This document shows positions 1-12,642 of a stretch of 64,000 bases of DNA, in pieces. The notes beneath the pieces are model-generated. The model saw only the letters and a list, made by a program, of their open reading frames with translations, searched no databases and was not told the DNA's origin. Position 1 is the stretch's first letter, and each line of letters opens with the position of its first letter. The stretch comes from Octopus sinensis (lineage: Eukaryota). Position numbers and translations under genes: made by a program. The stretch is from contig NC_043014.1 in NCBI RefSeq assembly GCF_006345805.1, positions 31,124,001-31,188,000 of the forward strand. Reading direction: 5' to 3'.

Positions 1-195
1 ACTCAGCTGTAGAAATGAGTTGCGACACCACTGGTGTCAAACTGTACAGCCTTTGCCTTACCCTTGGATAGCATCAGTGATGTGGAGAGGGGAGGCTGGT
101 ATGCCTTTCATAAACAACCTAACTTGGACTTGTGTCTCAGAAGGGAACCTTGTAGGTGCAATTCCATGGTTATTCATGTCTGAAGGGGGTTTCCT
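1..195. repeat. Fragment of a SINE-like interspersed repeat (unclassified, truncated by window start)
   Basis: Resembles an interspersed repeat I recall from octopus DNA; no second full copy in the window to confirm. Confidence 0.35.
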
Positions 196-460
196 ATACA
201 TGTTGTTAACCTTCTATCATAACTATTTCAACACACTTGTTCTTACTAACACTTATATCATGGCCGCTACTGTATATATATGGCGTCAGGCGAAGCAAAA
301 CCTTTTAAATGGATCTTGTATACAAAAACTGTAAGCCCATTTGTGTGTGCATAGTTATTTATGTCTCTGAAACTTTGTAGTTCAGCAAAAGAAACCAGTA
401 GAATACACACACTCACACACACACACACATACTCACACGTGCACACGTACACACACACAG

Positions 461-916
461 CTAAATCTTTGTCCATTCACAGGATCCTTAAGCTTCCAGA
501 CCCTTCTTCTCCATACTGGTCGTCTTCTGGGCTTCCATTTAGCCCTGATCCTGAAGTTGCTAACTACTAATCTATGTTGAGGGGTGCATTCTTCATCTGG
601 GAAGGTTTTGGCATTTATAAGTAGCCATCTTTCCTGTTTCCTGGTGAGGTTGTATTCAATTTGACTAGTGTGTCCACCAGATTGGTAGATGAACAGGTGA
701 CTGGCAGGTTTCCTGAAGTTAGTATTTCAAACCATAAGATCATTTGCATCGCAGAAATTCAGCAGTCTGGTTACCTCTTTATTATGAGAACCAAAACCAT
801 AGCTTCCATGTATGCCATGGAAGACCCCTGCATGTTGTCCAACATGCCCATTGAAGTCGCCAGCCACAAAGAGAAGGTCCGTCATTCATCAATAAGGTAG
901 TCTGCAAGAGGGTATC
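461..916 (-). mobile_element. RTE-clade LINE remnant, APE endonuclease domain (stop and frameshift)
   Basis: Minus strand translates to DLLFVAGDFNGHVGQH...RLLNFCDANDLMV*NTNFRKP...SQIEYNL...QHRLVVSNFR; GDFN and C-terminal APE motifs present. Confidence 0.9.
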
Positions 917-1086
917 ATAAAATGATACATTTGCCAGAGTTATCTGAATGGTAAAGGATTAACAAAAGTAGCACTATATGATTATTGTGATGAATTGATC
1001 ATGTTTATCATGGTTGTAATTATCGTTTCACATTAGCATAACTTAGGCATTTTGATGGTGGTGGTGGTGATAGTGGCCGCGGCTGT

Positions 1087-1232
1087 GAGTTCCAATTCTG
1101 CTGAGATTGACATTGCCTTTCATCCTTTCAGGGCTGATAAGATTAATACGAGCTGAGCTCTGGGAGTCGATGTAATTGCCCCCCCCCCCTACCTCCGAAA
1201 TTGTTAACCTTGTGCTAAAATTTGAAACCGAT
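1087..1232 (+). mobile_element. tRNA-derived SINE, family B (partial)
   Basis: Matches the body and tail of the near-complete copy at 60949-61160. Confidence 0.7.
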
Positions 1233-1492
1233 ATAATTTTGTAGTTTGTTGGAATTTATGTGCTATATTTTATACTAGTTTGCATGCCTTAAGAAACAAA
1301 CAAACAAACAAACAAAGAACGTTTTTCTTTTATAAACCGTAGATTTGTTTTCTTAGAAACTCTCTTTAATTTTATACTTAAAAGAAGAAAAAAAAGAAGC
1401 ATAGAAATATTTTAAAAGCCCAACTGACAAAGTTCTATGTGATTTGTACAACTTTGCAGTAGGTATTTGTTATATATATATTTATAATCATC

Positions 1493-1720
1493 TTCATTAT
1501 TTAACATCTGTTTTCTATACTAGCATGGGTTAGATGGTTTGATAGGAGCTGGCCAGCTGAAGAGATTCCCAGGCGCCATGTCTGTTTTGGGGTGGTTTCT
1601 ACAGCTGAATGTCCTTCTTAATGCCAACAACTTTATATAGTGTACTGGGTGCTTTTATGCCCCACTGGCACTAGTGCTTTTTACGTGTCACCAGTACCCA
1701 CGAGCCTCCAAGGTTAGGAT
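1493..1720 (-). mobile_element. RTE-type 3' tail fragment
   Basis: Reverse complement of the RTE 3' end at 25430-25591. Confidence 0.65.
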
Positions 1721-3289
1721 CATTCAGCTCAAAAGGGATGCATTTATGCAAGAACAGCCATGTTTTTACTTAGCTTTATGTGACCTATGAATGAGTGTAT
1801 AATATCTGGTTATAGGGAAAATATTACTTTGCTTGGAAACATGTAAGGTTTGGCAGCAGGAATGGACAAAATTTACTTCAGTAAACTCTCCAACCCATGC
1901 AAGTATGGGAAAGTGAGCATCAGAGATTTTCATGGGTCATAGGTTGCTCATGACTATTCTACCATATTAAAAAAAAGAAGAAAGAATGGGCATGATTCTG
2001 GGAATCAGACAAGTAGGCCATGGTTGAAACATCTTTGATCATAGATTTACTCAGTCACTCAAACTGGGCTAAACAGCATACTTATATTATTATAATATTC
2101 TTTTAACCACCAAAGCTAGTTTTTTGGTGTGAACAAATGCTACAAAAGTAAAAGGTTTTAGTGGAATATGCATTTAACTTTGGAAGGATTAAAAAAAAAA
2201 ACTATTAAGTTCAAGAATTTCTATCAAAAATTGTTTGAAGAAAAGAAATAATCACGAGTGTCTTTTGTCAATTTAGATTCCTGTCTTTCTCTTTTGCTAG
2301 TCATTTTTGACGAGTAAGCCCCTTGTATAAAAATAACGAACAACAACGTTGTCAGCCATGTATGTTCCATAATTCCCATTAATTTCTTTTTTATTGTTGG
2401 TTATTTGATTCCATCTCAAGAATAAACTATGCAAGATTCATTGATTTTTCATTATTGTTGTTGTTGTCTAGCTATAACATTTAGTACTGAAGTATTGCCT
2501 AGCGGTGCCATCTTCATGCAGCAGACAATATCTCAATAACAGTCAGTAGTGCTGTCTGCTGCACTGAACTAACAATATGTTGCACATGTATGTGTATGTG
2601 TGCATAGTATAGTGTGTGTGTGTGTTTCTCTGCAGACACAGATCAGCTTAGTGTGTGTGTGTAGTTTAAAGTTAAAACTGGAAAACTGGCAGTGCAGGAT
2701 TGTCTTGTTGATGTTTCTCCAGAACAACGTAACCTCGTCACTTTAAGTCTATTTTCAAAATTGGCAAACTTTTCCTACATGCCAATAAGACTTTTTTTTT
2801 AGTTGTCTGAACTAATAATTGTTAGTTTCTTCCCTACATTTTCTTGATATTGGCTCAACCTTTTATCCTGTTATTGCAGACAGAGAGAAAGAGAGAGACC
2901 GATCAAATTCATCCTAAGTAAAATACAGCGTGGTAGTTATGTTTGGCATGATAAGAGCCAGACAGTTGGCCAAAGGGTTAATATTTTTTAACCAGTAACT
3001 AGTCTTGTACTATATTCTTTACAAAGGCTCCTAACATTCAAAGAATGCTTATATCGCTGTAAATCTCAGGACCATTCCCAGCACTCTGAAATTGGTAGGG
3101 ACTATTGGGGGCACTTTAAAATTGGCTCATAGAAAATTAAAAACTTTTTTAAATGTTTTGTTTCTATGTCTGGAAGTTTATTCACAGTATTTTTAAAGCA
3201 TTTTGTTTACATGTCCAGAATTTCTTCTATAAATTTTCCATACATTCTGTGTTAAGGACTAGTTCATCATCATATAGGACAGCCAATAT

Positions 3290-4400
3290 TAAACACCTCT
3301 GGAAGAACTATCATAAACAGGTAAGGGCTGAGAATTGAGCATTGCTGACCACCTACCTGTACACTAAATTCCTTACTAAGCTCATTGCCAGCTCTACCAT
3401 TGCTGACTGCATCTATTTACATGGTTTGCACTACACTTGGTTTTCTTAAGTACCACTAGACTACTGATCATGATAACCCTGTCAAAGTTCTCCAGATCAA
3501 CAAAGGCTTGAAAGTCTTATTCTTGGTTAGGAACTCCTCTTGCGGTTGTCTCATGAAGAAAACATCTGTAGTAACCTGACCTGGCACAAATCCAAACTGT
3601 CTTATCTATGCTGATTATCTTCTTAATCAGTAGACTAGTACTCTTTCTGTTACTTTCATAACTTGGTTCATCAGTTCGATACCTCTGTTGTTGCTTCTTC
3701 CTAATGTATCTGCTTTGCTCGTGTAACAATTTACAATTATATTGCTGCACCAGTTGCTGGGTATGGCATGACTAACTTGAGCCTTATTTTGTCAGATATT
3801 TTCAGCATCTCATTGATTATACCTGAGGACCTACTGGTTTCTTACCTTCATATCTTTAAAGGCTATTTTGACCATATAACTATCCACTTCAGCAGTTGGT
3901 CTCTCTGTTAGACATACTTGGTGGTAATATACCTGTCACATTTTCCACATTCAACAATCTTTCATAACAACATTCTTGTCTTCTCCTCAGAATTAGAAAG
4001 CATGACATTATCATTTCAAACACATCCTCCCCTCACAACATCTTAATGTACTCTGTTAGATTGTTTCACAATTTGGACGATCACATGCTTTTGATTCTCA
4101 TGTTGCAGAACATTGGCTCATTTCCTGTTTTCTACTTCTCTTTATTCTATGTAAATTTGTCACTTAGCTTCCTCTCCTAGCCACATGATAGTCTTTGTTA
4201 CCCACTTTCCTCCACTCTTTCTAGGCACATCTTTTAGATTTAGGGGCTCTATCTACAGTACTATTCCACTACATGTTACCTTTTGCCTGGCTAGAACCTT
4301 GCTCCAACCAGTTTTATTCTATAGCTTTCAACAGGTTTATCATAGAAACACTGCCATTAATTATAGCAACACTAGTTCTTTGTTAATCATGAATGATTTC
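3290..4400 (-). mobile_element. Heavily decayed RTE-clade LINE (linker to start of RT)
   Basis: Minus-strand frames give SGIINEMLKISD, IPSNWCSNIIVNCY, NRGIELMNQVMKVTERV and QFGFVPGQVTTD; many stops. Confidence 0.85.
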
Positions 4401-5279
4401 TTTATCTTTTGTCAGTATGTGGCTTCATCTGATACTTATACGTATTTTTCTTGAACCATTCTATGTTATAAGTTATTGGTCTTTACATCCCCCTCCTCAA
4501 ATGTGTTATCTAGATTCATTCTGAATGTATATTAGTGCAAGGATATTTCAGTTTTCAATTTTCCTTCTCTAGAATACTTTTTTTATCTTGCAGTTTATTC
4601 AATTCCTATTCTTAAACCACTAATCACTACTAGCCAATGTTGGGTGGTACATCCTTCACTCAGAGTAAGACTTGGTATTTAGCATCATTTGTCTATCCTG
4701 TTTCCTAGTGAGAATGAAGTCTAATTTGGCTTGCATGTTCACCTGATTGGAAGGTGATCAAGTGGCTGGTTGGTTTCCTAAAATTCAAGTTGCAAATGGT
4801 TAGTTCATTTGCATTACAACACACTTGGTTAATTTATGTTAATTATTGTTTTAATTAAAAAGACAAAAATTTTTTTTAGTGATTAGTTTCAAAATATTAA
4901 TTTTTCATTACATAGAACTGAAAATACCTCCCCATATGAGGAGATGCTGAAAAATTGCTGATTGGGGGAAGGGGCAGGAAGATCAGTTAATTATGATTTT
5001 ATTTAACATATTCTCCTTCTCAGATTTCACACACTTACTGCAGCAGTCCTTCAGTTTTTCTAAGCCCTGTAAAAGAACTCGCATGGTTGGGTCTCCAACC
5101 AAGCCTTTCATGATACCCTTAAAGCCAGGAACTTTTCAGAACCCCCTTGTGGCTCAACTTTGCAAAGATCAACACTACAGAAAACAATGCTAAAACATGT
5201 TGTACCTGTCTCAGAAAGGTAATGGAACTTTAGAAACAGCGATTTTGCATTAAAAGAAAAGGCAACATATCTTTTTTGC

Positions 5280-6270
5280 AGTGTTGATACTTTTGCTCTT
5301 AGGTATGAAAAGAACTATCCAGTCTTCTTAGTTTGTAATGAATATTTGAGAAATAGAATGGGGATGTTTAGTAAATCAAAGCAATATCTTGATAATATCT
5401 ATGCTAGAAAATCTTTGTTAGTCTTTGAAAGATGACTTAAATCTCCTAGAACATCTTTTTTTTTCGTCTTTCTGAACATACATTGGTTCAAGAAAAATAT
5501 TTAACAACATCATACAAAATCTTAAGCATACAAAAGCTAAGAAACCATACATAATTAGCAAAGACTTGGGTTGCCAGCAGTTGATAGAATCAGACAAATT
5601 ATTTATAGAAAGATTTATACAGATGAAATAAGAAAAAAATTCGCTGTCAGGTGATACAGTATGTAAAAGATTTGCAGAAATTAGCAATAATCAATTTGTG
5701 CAACTTAATGAAATAATTAAAGGAAGTACTAAATTTGTGATTCAGTTGGACTGACATTACAGATGTCACTCAGGTATTAGTGTTTGTTACAGATTTGTAT
5801 AAACACAGGAGGATTTACTGTTTTGTCAATCATTAGATAGATGAACGATAGGTGAAGATGTGGGTACATTGATGCTACAACAATGACAAGAGAAAAAAAA
5901 CAGCATAACATCTACAGAAAGTGCACTTACTATAGTCACTCATTGCACTGTGCATTGAGAAGATGTAGTGGTTTTAATAAAAAAAATGTTCATTTCTCTG
6001 GAGCTAAGCATTATGCATTGAATAGATGTTCTTCTCACCAATCTGTGCCAGGATATGTGATTTAAGTTCTGCAGACTTTTACAATATACAGAAGTGTGGT
6101 AGCTGTCAAAGTGATAAGTTTTGAGACATGTAAACTTTAAAAAAAGATGTAATGTCTTTATAAGAAAAAAAAGTAAAATCTTGCAGAATTCTTCATGGTG
6201 AGAAATGCCTTTAGAAATTTTACTATTTGTCAGATGTATTTGAGAAGTCTAATGAACTTAGTCACTTTTT
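5280..6270 (+). mobile_element. hAT (Charlie/Buster-type) transposase remnant
   Basis: Fragments LSGDTVCKRFAEIS, KFVIQLD*, TDITDVTQVLVFV, EDLLFCQSL, THCTVH, YTEVW*LSK and DVFEKSNEL match hAT motifs (LSNDTV, QLDESTD, CxxH, TEVRWLS) in order. Confidence 0.8.
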
Positions 6271-6386
6271 TGTCTGTCTGCCTGTCTCTGTCTCTCCCTT
6301 TCTCTCTCTCTCTCTCTCTCTAAGAGAACAAAGATTGTCACTTTGAAATTAAAGAAAGAAGCATTTATAAAAAGACACTTATAGAA

Positions 6387-7808
6387 TCATGATTTAATGT
6401 CCATTTTCCATGCTGGCATGGATTGGATGGTTTGACAAGATCTGGTGAGCCATAGAGTTGCATCATGCTCCATGTCAGCTTTGGCATGGTTTTTATGGCT
6501 CTTCACTGTGTACTGGGTGCTTTTTTTGTGCCGCCTACACTTATCAACTTGGATGGGAAAGGGATGAGACCTCTTGGCTAACTGAGGATGTATTTGAGAG
6601 AGTAAAGAGGAGATTTTATGCTGGTGTCTTGCTATGGAGAAGATACACAGCTATCCCACATTTTATATAAGGGTCTTCTCTCTTGCACATTACACCTGAT
6701 TCCTCTTATGCATAATTTCTCTCTCTACATTAGCACTTTGCATTACATGCGCACTGACATTGCACATCCAATGAAGCTATAATAGTTTCATTCCTCTCTA
6801 GTCTTCGTGTGTTCTTTGTGTTCAGGGCCCATGTTTCACTACAACATAGCATTGTGGTTCATACACAAACATCATACAATCTGCCTTTCACTCGGGAAAA
6901 GAGACCTCTTGTTGCCATCAAGGATAATAGCTCTCTGAGCTTTCTTCATCCTATGTTTATTGTAGCAGTTATACTGCTGGATCATCCTTCACCACTGCTA
7001 ATTAGGTCACTCAAATAACAGAAACTATTTACCCCCTCCAGGGAGCCCCCAAGAAAATGTATTCTTCATGTGTCCTTAGTGTTCATTACTCTTGCACATC
7101 TTCCACATGTAAACACTACTTTCTCCGTTAGCTTTTCTGTGATTCTGCTTCTTTTCTTGTGTGCCTATAGCCTGCACTGCGTACAGTATGTGGAGTTCCT
7201 GTCTATACCTTTCCACACATACTGAGCAAGGCTATTTACCTGAAGTGGGTAGAGTTCTGTCTGTTTTCCTGTTTACTAGAGCTTTAGTCTTTGCAAAGTT
7301 AACTTCAAGGTCCTTTCATTCCAGGTTTTGCCTCCTCACCTGGAATTTCTTTTCTATTTCTGTTACTGATTCCACTAAGAGAGTAAGTTCATTATCATAT
7401 AGTAGTTCCTATGCACATCTGGTCTTAGATTCCTTTGGTATGGCCAGCAGAATGATGATGAATAGGGGAGTACTGAGAACTGAGCCCTGGTGAACTCCTA
7501 TCTTTACTCTAAATTTATCAGTGATCTCATTACTAACTCTTACCTTATAGATTCATCCTTGCACATGGCTTGTGTGGCTTTTACAAATCCTCCATCTATC
7601 CCTAGCTTTTCAGAGACCTCCATATCACATAGCAAGGTACTCTGTTGAAAGCTTTTTGCAGGTAAATGAATGCCAAGTACAATGGCATAGCTAAATACTT
7701 CTCCTGATGTTGTCTGATTAACAAGCTAGCATCAGTAGTACATCTCCTCAGCACAAAACAAAACTGCATCTCATCCAGCCTAATTCTGTTCCTAACTATA
7801 CAACACAA
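6387..7808 (-). mobile_element. 5'-truncated decayed RTE-clade LINE: RT, PHD-like finger, C-terminus, 3' tail
   Basis: RIRLDEMQF, YLAFIYLQKAFNRVP, GVHQGSVLS, FCYLSDLISSG, KGRLYDVCV and SETWAL; RTE 3' tail at about 6387-6520. Confidence 0.92.
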
Positions 7809-9439
7809 AATGTTAAATTTGAAATATTTCCATGTACTAGTGATTTTGTCTGTAAAAATAATTTAACTTTTGATTTAATTAAGCAGGTCATAATCAAGTA
7901 TTTGATATGTATGGAAAAACAGTTCTGCAAATGTTTTCTACTAGACATATACAATTGTAAATCAGGTTGTGTCTAAATGTCATTCATTGTAGCACTGGAA
8001 CAGGTAAAATATCTTTGAAGGTTCAAAAATTTGCAGAGATCTCATACAATTCAAATCTCTGGCCTGAATTTCCAAAAGCAAACTTGGGCATAGGTTAGAC
8101 AGTTTACTGTAACTGGTAAGCTGGAAGACTGCACCAGGCTTCAGTCTATTTTAGCTGGATGCCTTTCCTAATGCCAACCATTCCACAGAGTGAATGTGAA
8201 ACAAAAAATTTCTAATTCTGTCTGAATTAGCAATTGTCACTTTTGTGTCTTCCTTTCATATATTTATGTAAATTTGTACTTCTAGCTTTAATAGCACAAA
8301 GACAAAAATACCTCTCACTAATTAAGACCATATCAAATTCCTTTAAACACATCACTGACAAATATAAGCCACAGTTTGATGCCTTGTCCTCCAAGAAGCA
8401 AATACACTTCACTGCAGATATTCATCTGTTCTTTTTCTAGTTATTAGTTAGATTTTGTACTATCTTGGACCTACATTGTTTTATCTTTTCATAGTTTCAG
8501 TCTGTTTTTAGTATTATTATTTTTATTCTTTTATTAAGCTGAGAGAAGGTCATGAGACTATATGATGAAAAGGAGTCACAAGAGAAGAACATTTAAGGAA
8601 CAATGCTGTAGACAATTGGCTGGAATCAATAAAAGAATGAAAGCAAAGTCTTTTGCATTGGATCATGCTTCCTAATTCCAGCCACTTCAAATTTTCTGGG
8701 GATTTTCTACATTATCATGGGAAACATAATTGATTGTCTTTAAGATGAAAAAAAAATGCCTGGGGCTTTTACAACTTTACTGTATTTATCTTAAGTTTTG
8801 CAAATAATTACAAGGCTGCTATAGTAGTTTGTACTTGGCTTTAAAAAATTGCTCCCAAAATTAATATAGTGAGAAGAAGGTATTGGTCTTGGGTGAGGAA
8901 AGGATGGACTGGATGTTCTGACAAAAAAATAATTTATATGATTAAAAAAATTAATTAATTTGATAATTATTATAATTACATAAGATGTGCTTTATTTCCT
9001 TTTCATCCTCAAACAGCTCAGTGAATGCACAAATATATAGAACTATCTTGATATTGGGTTTGCTAGCCATTAATTTGAAGAGAAGATACCCACATAGGGA
9101 TAGGTCAGAACATAGCAGCATTGTAATTCTCCATCACTTTTGACAAAATTTATTGTGTTTTATGTCTTTTTTGTTTATTTTCTCTATCTAAAGTCATCTG
9201 GAAACTCAACAGTGACTGTTGATCGAACACAATTATACACCTTCTGCTGTTGTGTATGTGTTTGTTATGTTGTTGGATTTACTCAAACCTTGGTGTTAGT
9301 GGTTAATAATTTCAGTTACACTGTCTTTCCATCCCTGCAAATTGTGAAGCATTTACAGGTTTGTGTTGCCATGGCAATGGCAGTAGTTGGTAGAGTTTAG
9401 GGAAAAAAAAAAAAAAATGAAGTTACGAAAATAAATTTG

Positions 9440-9722
9440 ACATGTCAAACCAAGTGAAATCATGTGGCTGGTGCCAGTGACACATAAAAGCATCTGTGCT
9501 GGTGACATGTAAGAGCACCTGTGCAAGTGATACATAAAAACATCCATGCTAGTGACACATAAAAGATACCCACTACACTCTCGGAGTGAGAAAGGGCATC
9601 CAGTCATAGAAACCAAGCCAAAATCAAATTGGAACCTGGTGTAGTTCTCTGGCTTACCTGTTCCTGTCAAAGCATCTAACCCGTGCCAGCATGGAAAGTG
9701 GACGCTAAATGATGATGATGAC
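9440..9722 (+). mobile_element. RTE 3' UTR/tail fragment with short tandem subrepeats and (GAT)n end
   Basis: Same tail as 25430-25591, ending gctaaatgatgatgatg; repeated gtgacacataaaag units. Confidence 0.75.
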
Positions 9723-10692
9723 AATGATAGAGAAAGGCATTACCTATGTGATAATGTGTGTATGTATATGTATGTATGTATACACACACACACAAGGAAT
9801 ACTGTATTGCCACTATACTATAATTTCAATGTTATCTTACTTTCTTTTTTTTCTTTTTGAACTGATAGAAAAACATTTGGTTGGTCTTTCTAGCAAGTTG
9901 AGGCATCACATACAGGTTCCTGCACAGATAGGATTGATCTATAAAATATTAGTTATTGTGTGTATCTGCGTGTCTTTCTGCTTCTTTAGCTTTTATTGTA
10001 GTAGATGTAATTTGTAAATGTAAGCTCAGGACATCCCAAGAGCAATTGTGTTCATCCAATAGAGATATAATTAGAACGTTTGTTGATGGCTGCCAATACC
10101 TAAAGCTATTGTCGTGCTGCCAAGAACTTTACTATAAACCCAGCTTAATCTTATTTAACTCATTGTACTCATCAATAAATGAGTTAGCCTATCAAAGCTA
10201 ACCATTTCTGCCTATAATCAGAGAAAATGTGATGGCAACACATTCCCCAACCCATCACCTATTTAGATTGAACTCCCTAATATAGAATATTACAGACAAG
10301 CAGATAGAATTGTTGGAAACTAAATTTACTTTCTTCTAATGTTCTTCCTCTTCTCTGTCTACTCTTGGTAACTGCTCATAATCAGCAAGAACAACAGCAG
10401 ATGTAAACAAAACGTTTGATTTTGTTTTCTTAATTACTACTTTGTGTCTTCACTCTTCTATAATCGTATTTCAATGAAATACATTGCTTGTGTGTGTGTC
10501 AATTAATTTTGAAAATAATCAACTACTTAGAACTGCTTTCAGAAATAAATTCTGTCTGTGCCTGTTGTTTAATCACAGAGAAGCCCTCACTAACCAGAAC
10601 AGAACTTTGATGAAATATATTCAAGCCATCAACATCCCAACTTTTTCATGAATATTGCATTCCTAGGACTAATGTCTGTGTGTGTATAATTA

Positions 10693-11171
10693 CTGTAAAT
10701 CCTTGAGTATAATCCGCCCCCCCCCCCCAAATTTAAAGGTCAAAATCCCTAGTGTGTACTATATACGAGGTTAAAAATGAAAATTATTTTCTAAGCGTTG
10801 TCTGAGTCTCTATTTGCTGTCTGGCAATGTTTATTCAGACGCATTTTGTGATGTTGGGTGCGGAAATACCTTAAATCATCCATAAATTGCAGTTAGTAAC
10901 ATTTATTAAACGTTATTACTGTTATTTCTTTATTTTCTGCAAACAAAATGCACAGAAAAGCTACACGTTTGCATTATGTTATATATACAATAATAATAAA
11001 GGACGTTACCGTATACATTTTTACAAACCAAGGATGTTATATAGACCTCCTTGACTCAAGTTAGAGAAGGGGTGCGTATTATATACAAGGTTTAGGTTTT
11101 TCAGAGGTACAGCCCCCTAAAAATCCCCTGTGTATCATACTCAAGGGCGGACTATTCTCGAGGATTTACGG
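10693..11171. mobile_element. 479-bp MITE, Tc1/mariner superfamily (Tc2/pogo-like CCGTA ends), TA target-site duplication
   Basis: Left end ta|ctgtaaatccttgagtataatccgccc pairs with right end gggcggactattctcgaggatttacgg|ta. Confidence 0.85.
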
Positions 11172-11649
11172 TAGATGAATTTACTTGCTTTTTTTTTTTC
11201 TTCTTTCTTTTGTAAATTGATCAACCTCTCCCCTACATAGAGGTTCTGCAGTTAGATTGTCATTAATTAATAAATTAAGCTGATGTTTAGAGCATAACTT
11301 AACAAATATGATTCGTATATGAGATTATGATAGGGGAACTTTTCATTTAAAGATTAACACGTTAAAACAAGTACTTTAGTATTGCAAAGCAATCCAGGCT
11401 GGTATTGAAAGAGTTAAGCAATATAGTGGTATTATTATTGCTTTATAAATGTTACATCCACCACCTGTTTTACTGTTATTCAAGTAACCTAATAATTGTT
11501 CTACAAGTACTGTATGTTTAAATAAACAGTAGAGTTTTTAACTGCTTCTCTTGGTTAGTTTCTGCTCTTCCATTTACCCCTATGTACATACACACACACA
11601 CACACACACACACATTGACACTTAATTTTCTCTCTCCGTTATATATCTG

Positions 11650-12300
11650 AATCATGCTTTGTCCCACATAGAAATAATTTGTATGTGCGTGCGTGCGCAC
11701 GCGCTATAGTTACAAAAGTGACTTAAGGAAGAGAATTTCGTCCATAACACTAGCAAATAAATATACGCGCGCTCGCAGGTTTTATGGAACAAGTAGGAGA
11801 AAATAGAACTCAATATATAAGTGCTGTGCCTGAAACTCTTGGCCACCGAGTCACTTTTGTGACTTTTCGACCAATTGCGTTTGTGTGTGTATACCTAATT
11901 TGGTCTCCCCTTTCTTTTCATCCTATATTACAGTCAAATTCCGCTGTAGCCACGTCATGTTTGTCATTAAAGGGAATAAATACTTTATTGTTGTAATGAA
12001 AGGTTAAAAGCTATGTCACAAACAGAGAGGTCTCTTCGTTTCTGTTGATTTATTTATTTTACGATTATGTCATGAAGTGACTGTCAATTCCAAGGTGCAT
12101 AACTCTTTCCTAAGTAGTAAGGAAGAGTTATGCACCTTCAATTTTCTTTTTCTTTTTCCCTCATAAATTACGTCTGTTCTTCAGCGTTTAGCAAAAATTG
12201 TTCGCGTTGGCGATTAAAATATTTTGTAGTATTTAATTACATCTCTTTACGTTCTAAATTCAGATCCTTCTTGGGAGAGTAATGTCATTCATCCTTCTGC
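11650..12300. promoter_or_regulatory. CpG-retaining non-repeat segment, possible promoter or regulatory region
   Basis: Visibly more CpGs than the flanks; CCAAT at 11871-11875 and CCACGTCA at 11950-11957; no TSS evidence. Confidence 0.3.
12092..12138. other. Near-perfect hairpin (16 perfect bp plus 3 bp after a bulge, 8-nt loop)
   Basis: aaggtgcataactctt (12092-12107) is the exact reverse complement of aagagttatgcacctt (12123-12138). Confidence 0.85.
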
Positions 12301-12642
12301 AAATCGATAAAAGTACCGGTCATGTAATTCGAACTGTATGGCTTCCTTCTTAATAATGCTTCTTTACGTTCTGTGTTCAAACCTTCCCAAAGTTAACTTT
12401 AGCTTTCCTTTTGGGGTATGTCAGTTTGATGAACTACAATCCTTCCCCTCAATGAAGGGATCCTGTCGTCAATGCAGTGAATTCCAGAATCGGTAGTGTT
12501 CTCTTATCTTTTCTTCTGATTTTTATTCCAGCCACACTTGTATTTGTATTTTGACGGTCGGGTGATATAAACACCAGCCAAGCACTGGAGTCGATTTCTT
12601 CCAGCATGCCCCAGAATATGTCGCCATGTGCCAAAATTTGAG

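Noticed and set aside
2517-2563. 11-bp inverted repeat tgcagcagaca/tgtctgctgca as a pre-miRNA
   Set aside because: The stem is too short for the 25-nt loop and pairing does not extend
461-7808. One fragmented full-length RTE element
   Set aside because: The fragments are in reverse order on the minus strand, and two overlap in the same RT segment
12449-12634. ORF MAHGDIFWGMLEE... near the CpG-rich region
   Set aside because: It overlaps the reverse strand of a decayed SINE-B-like tail; no recognisable domain
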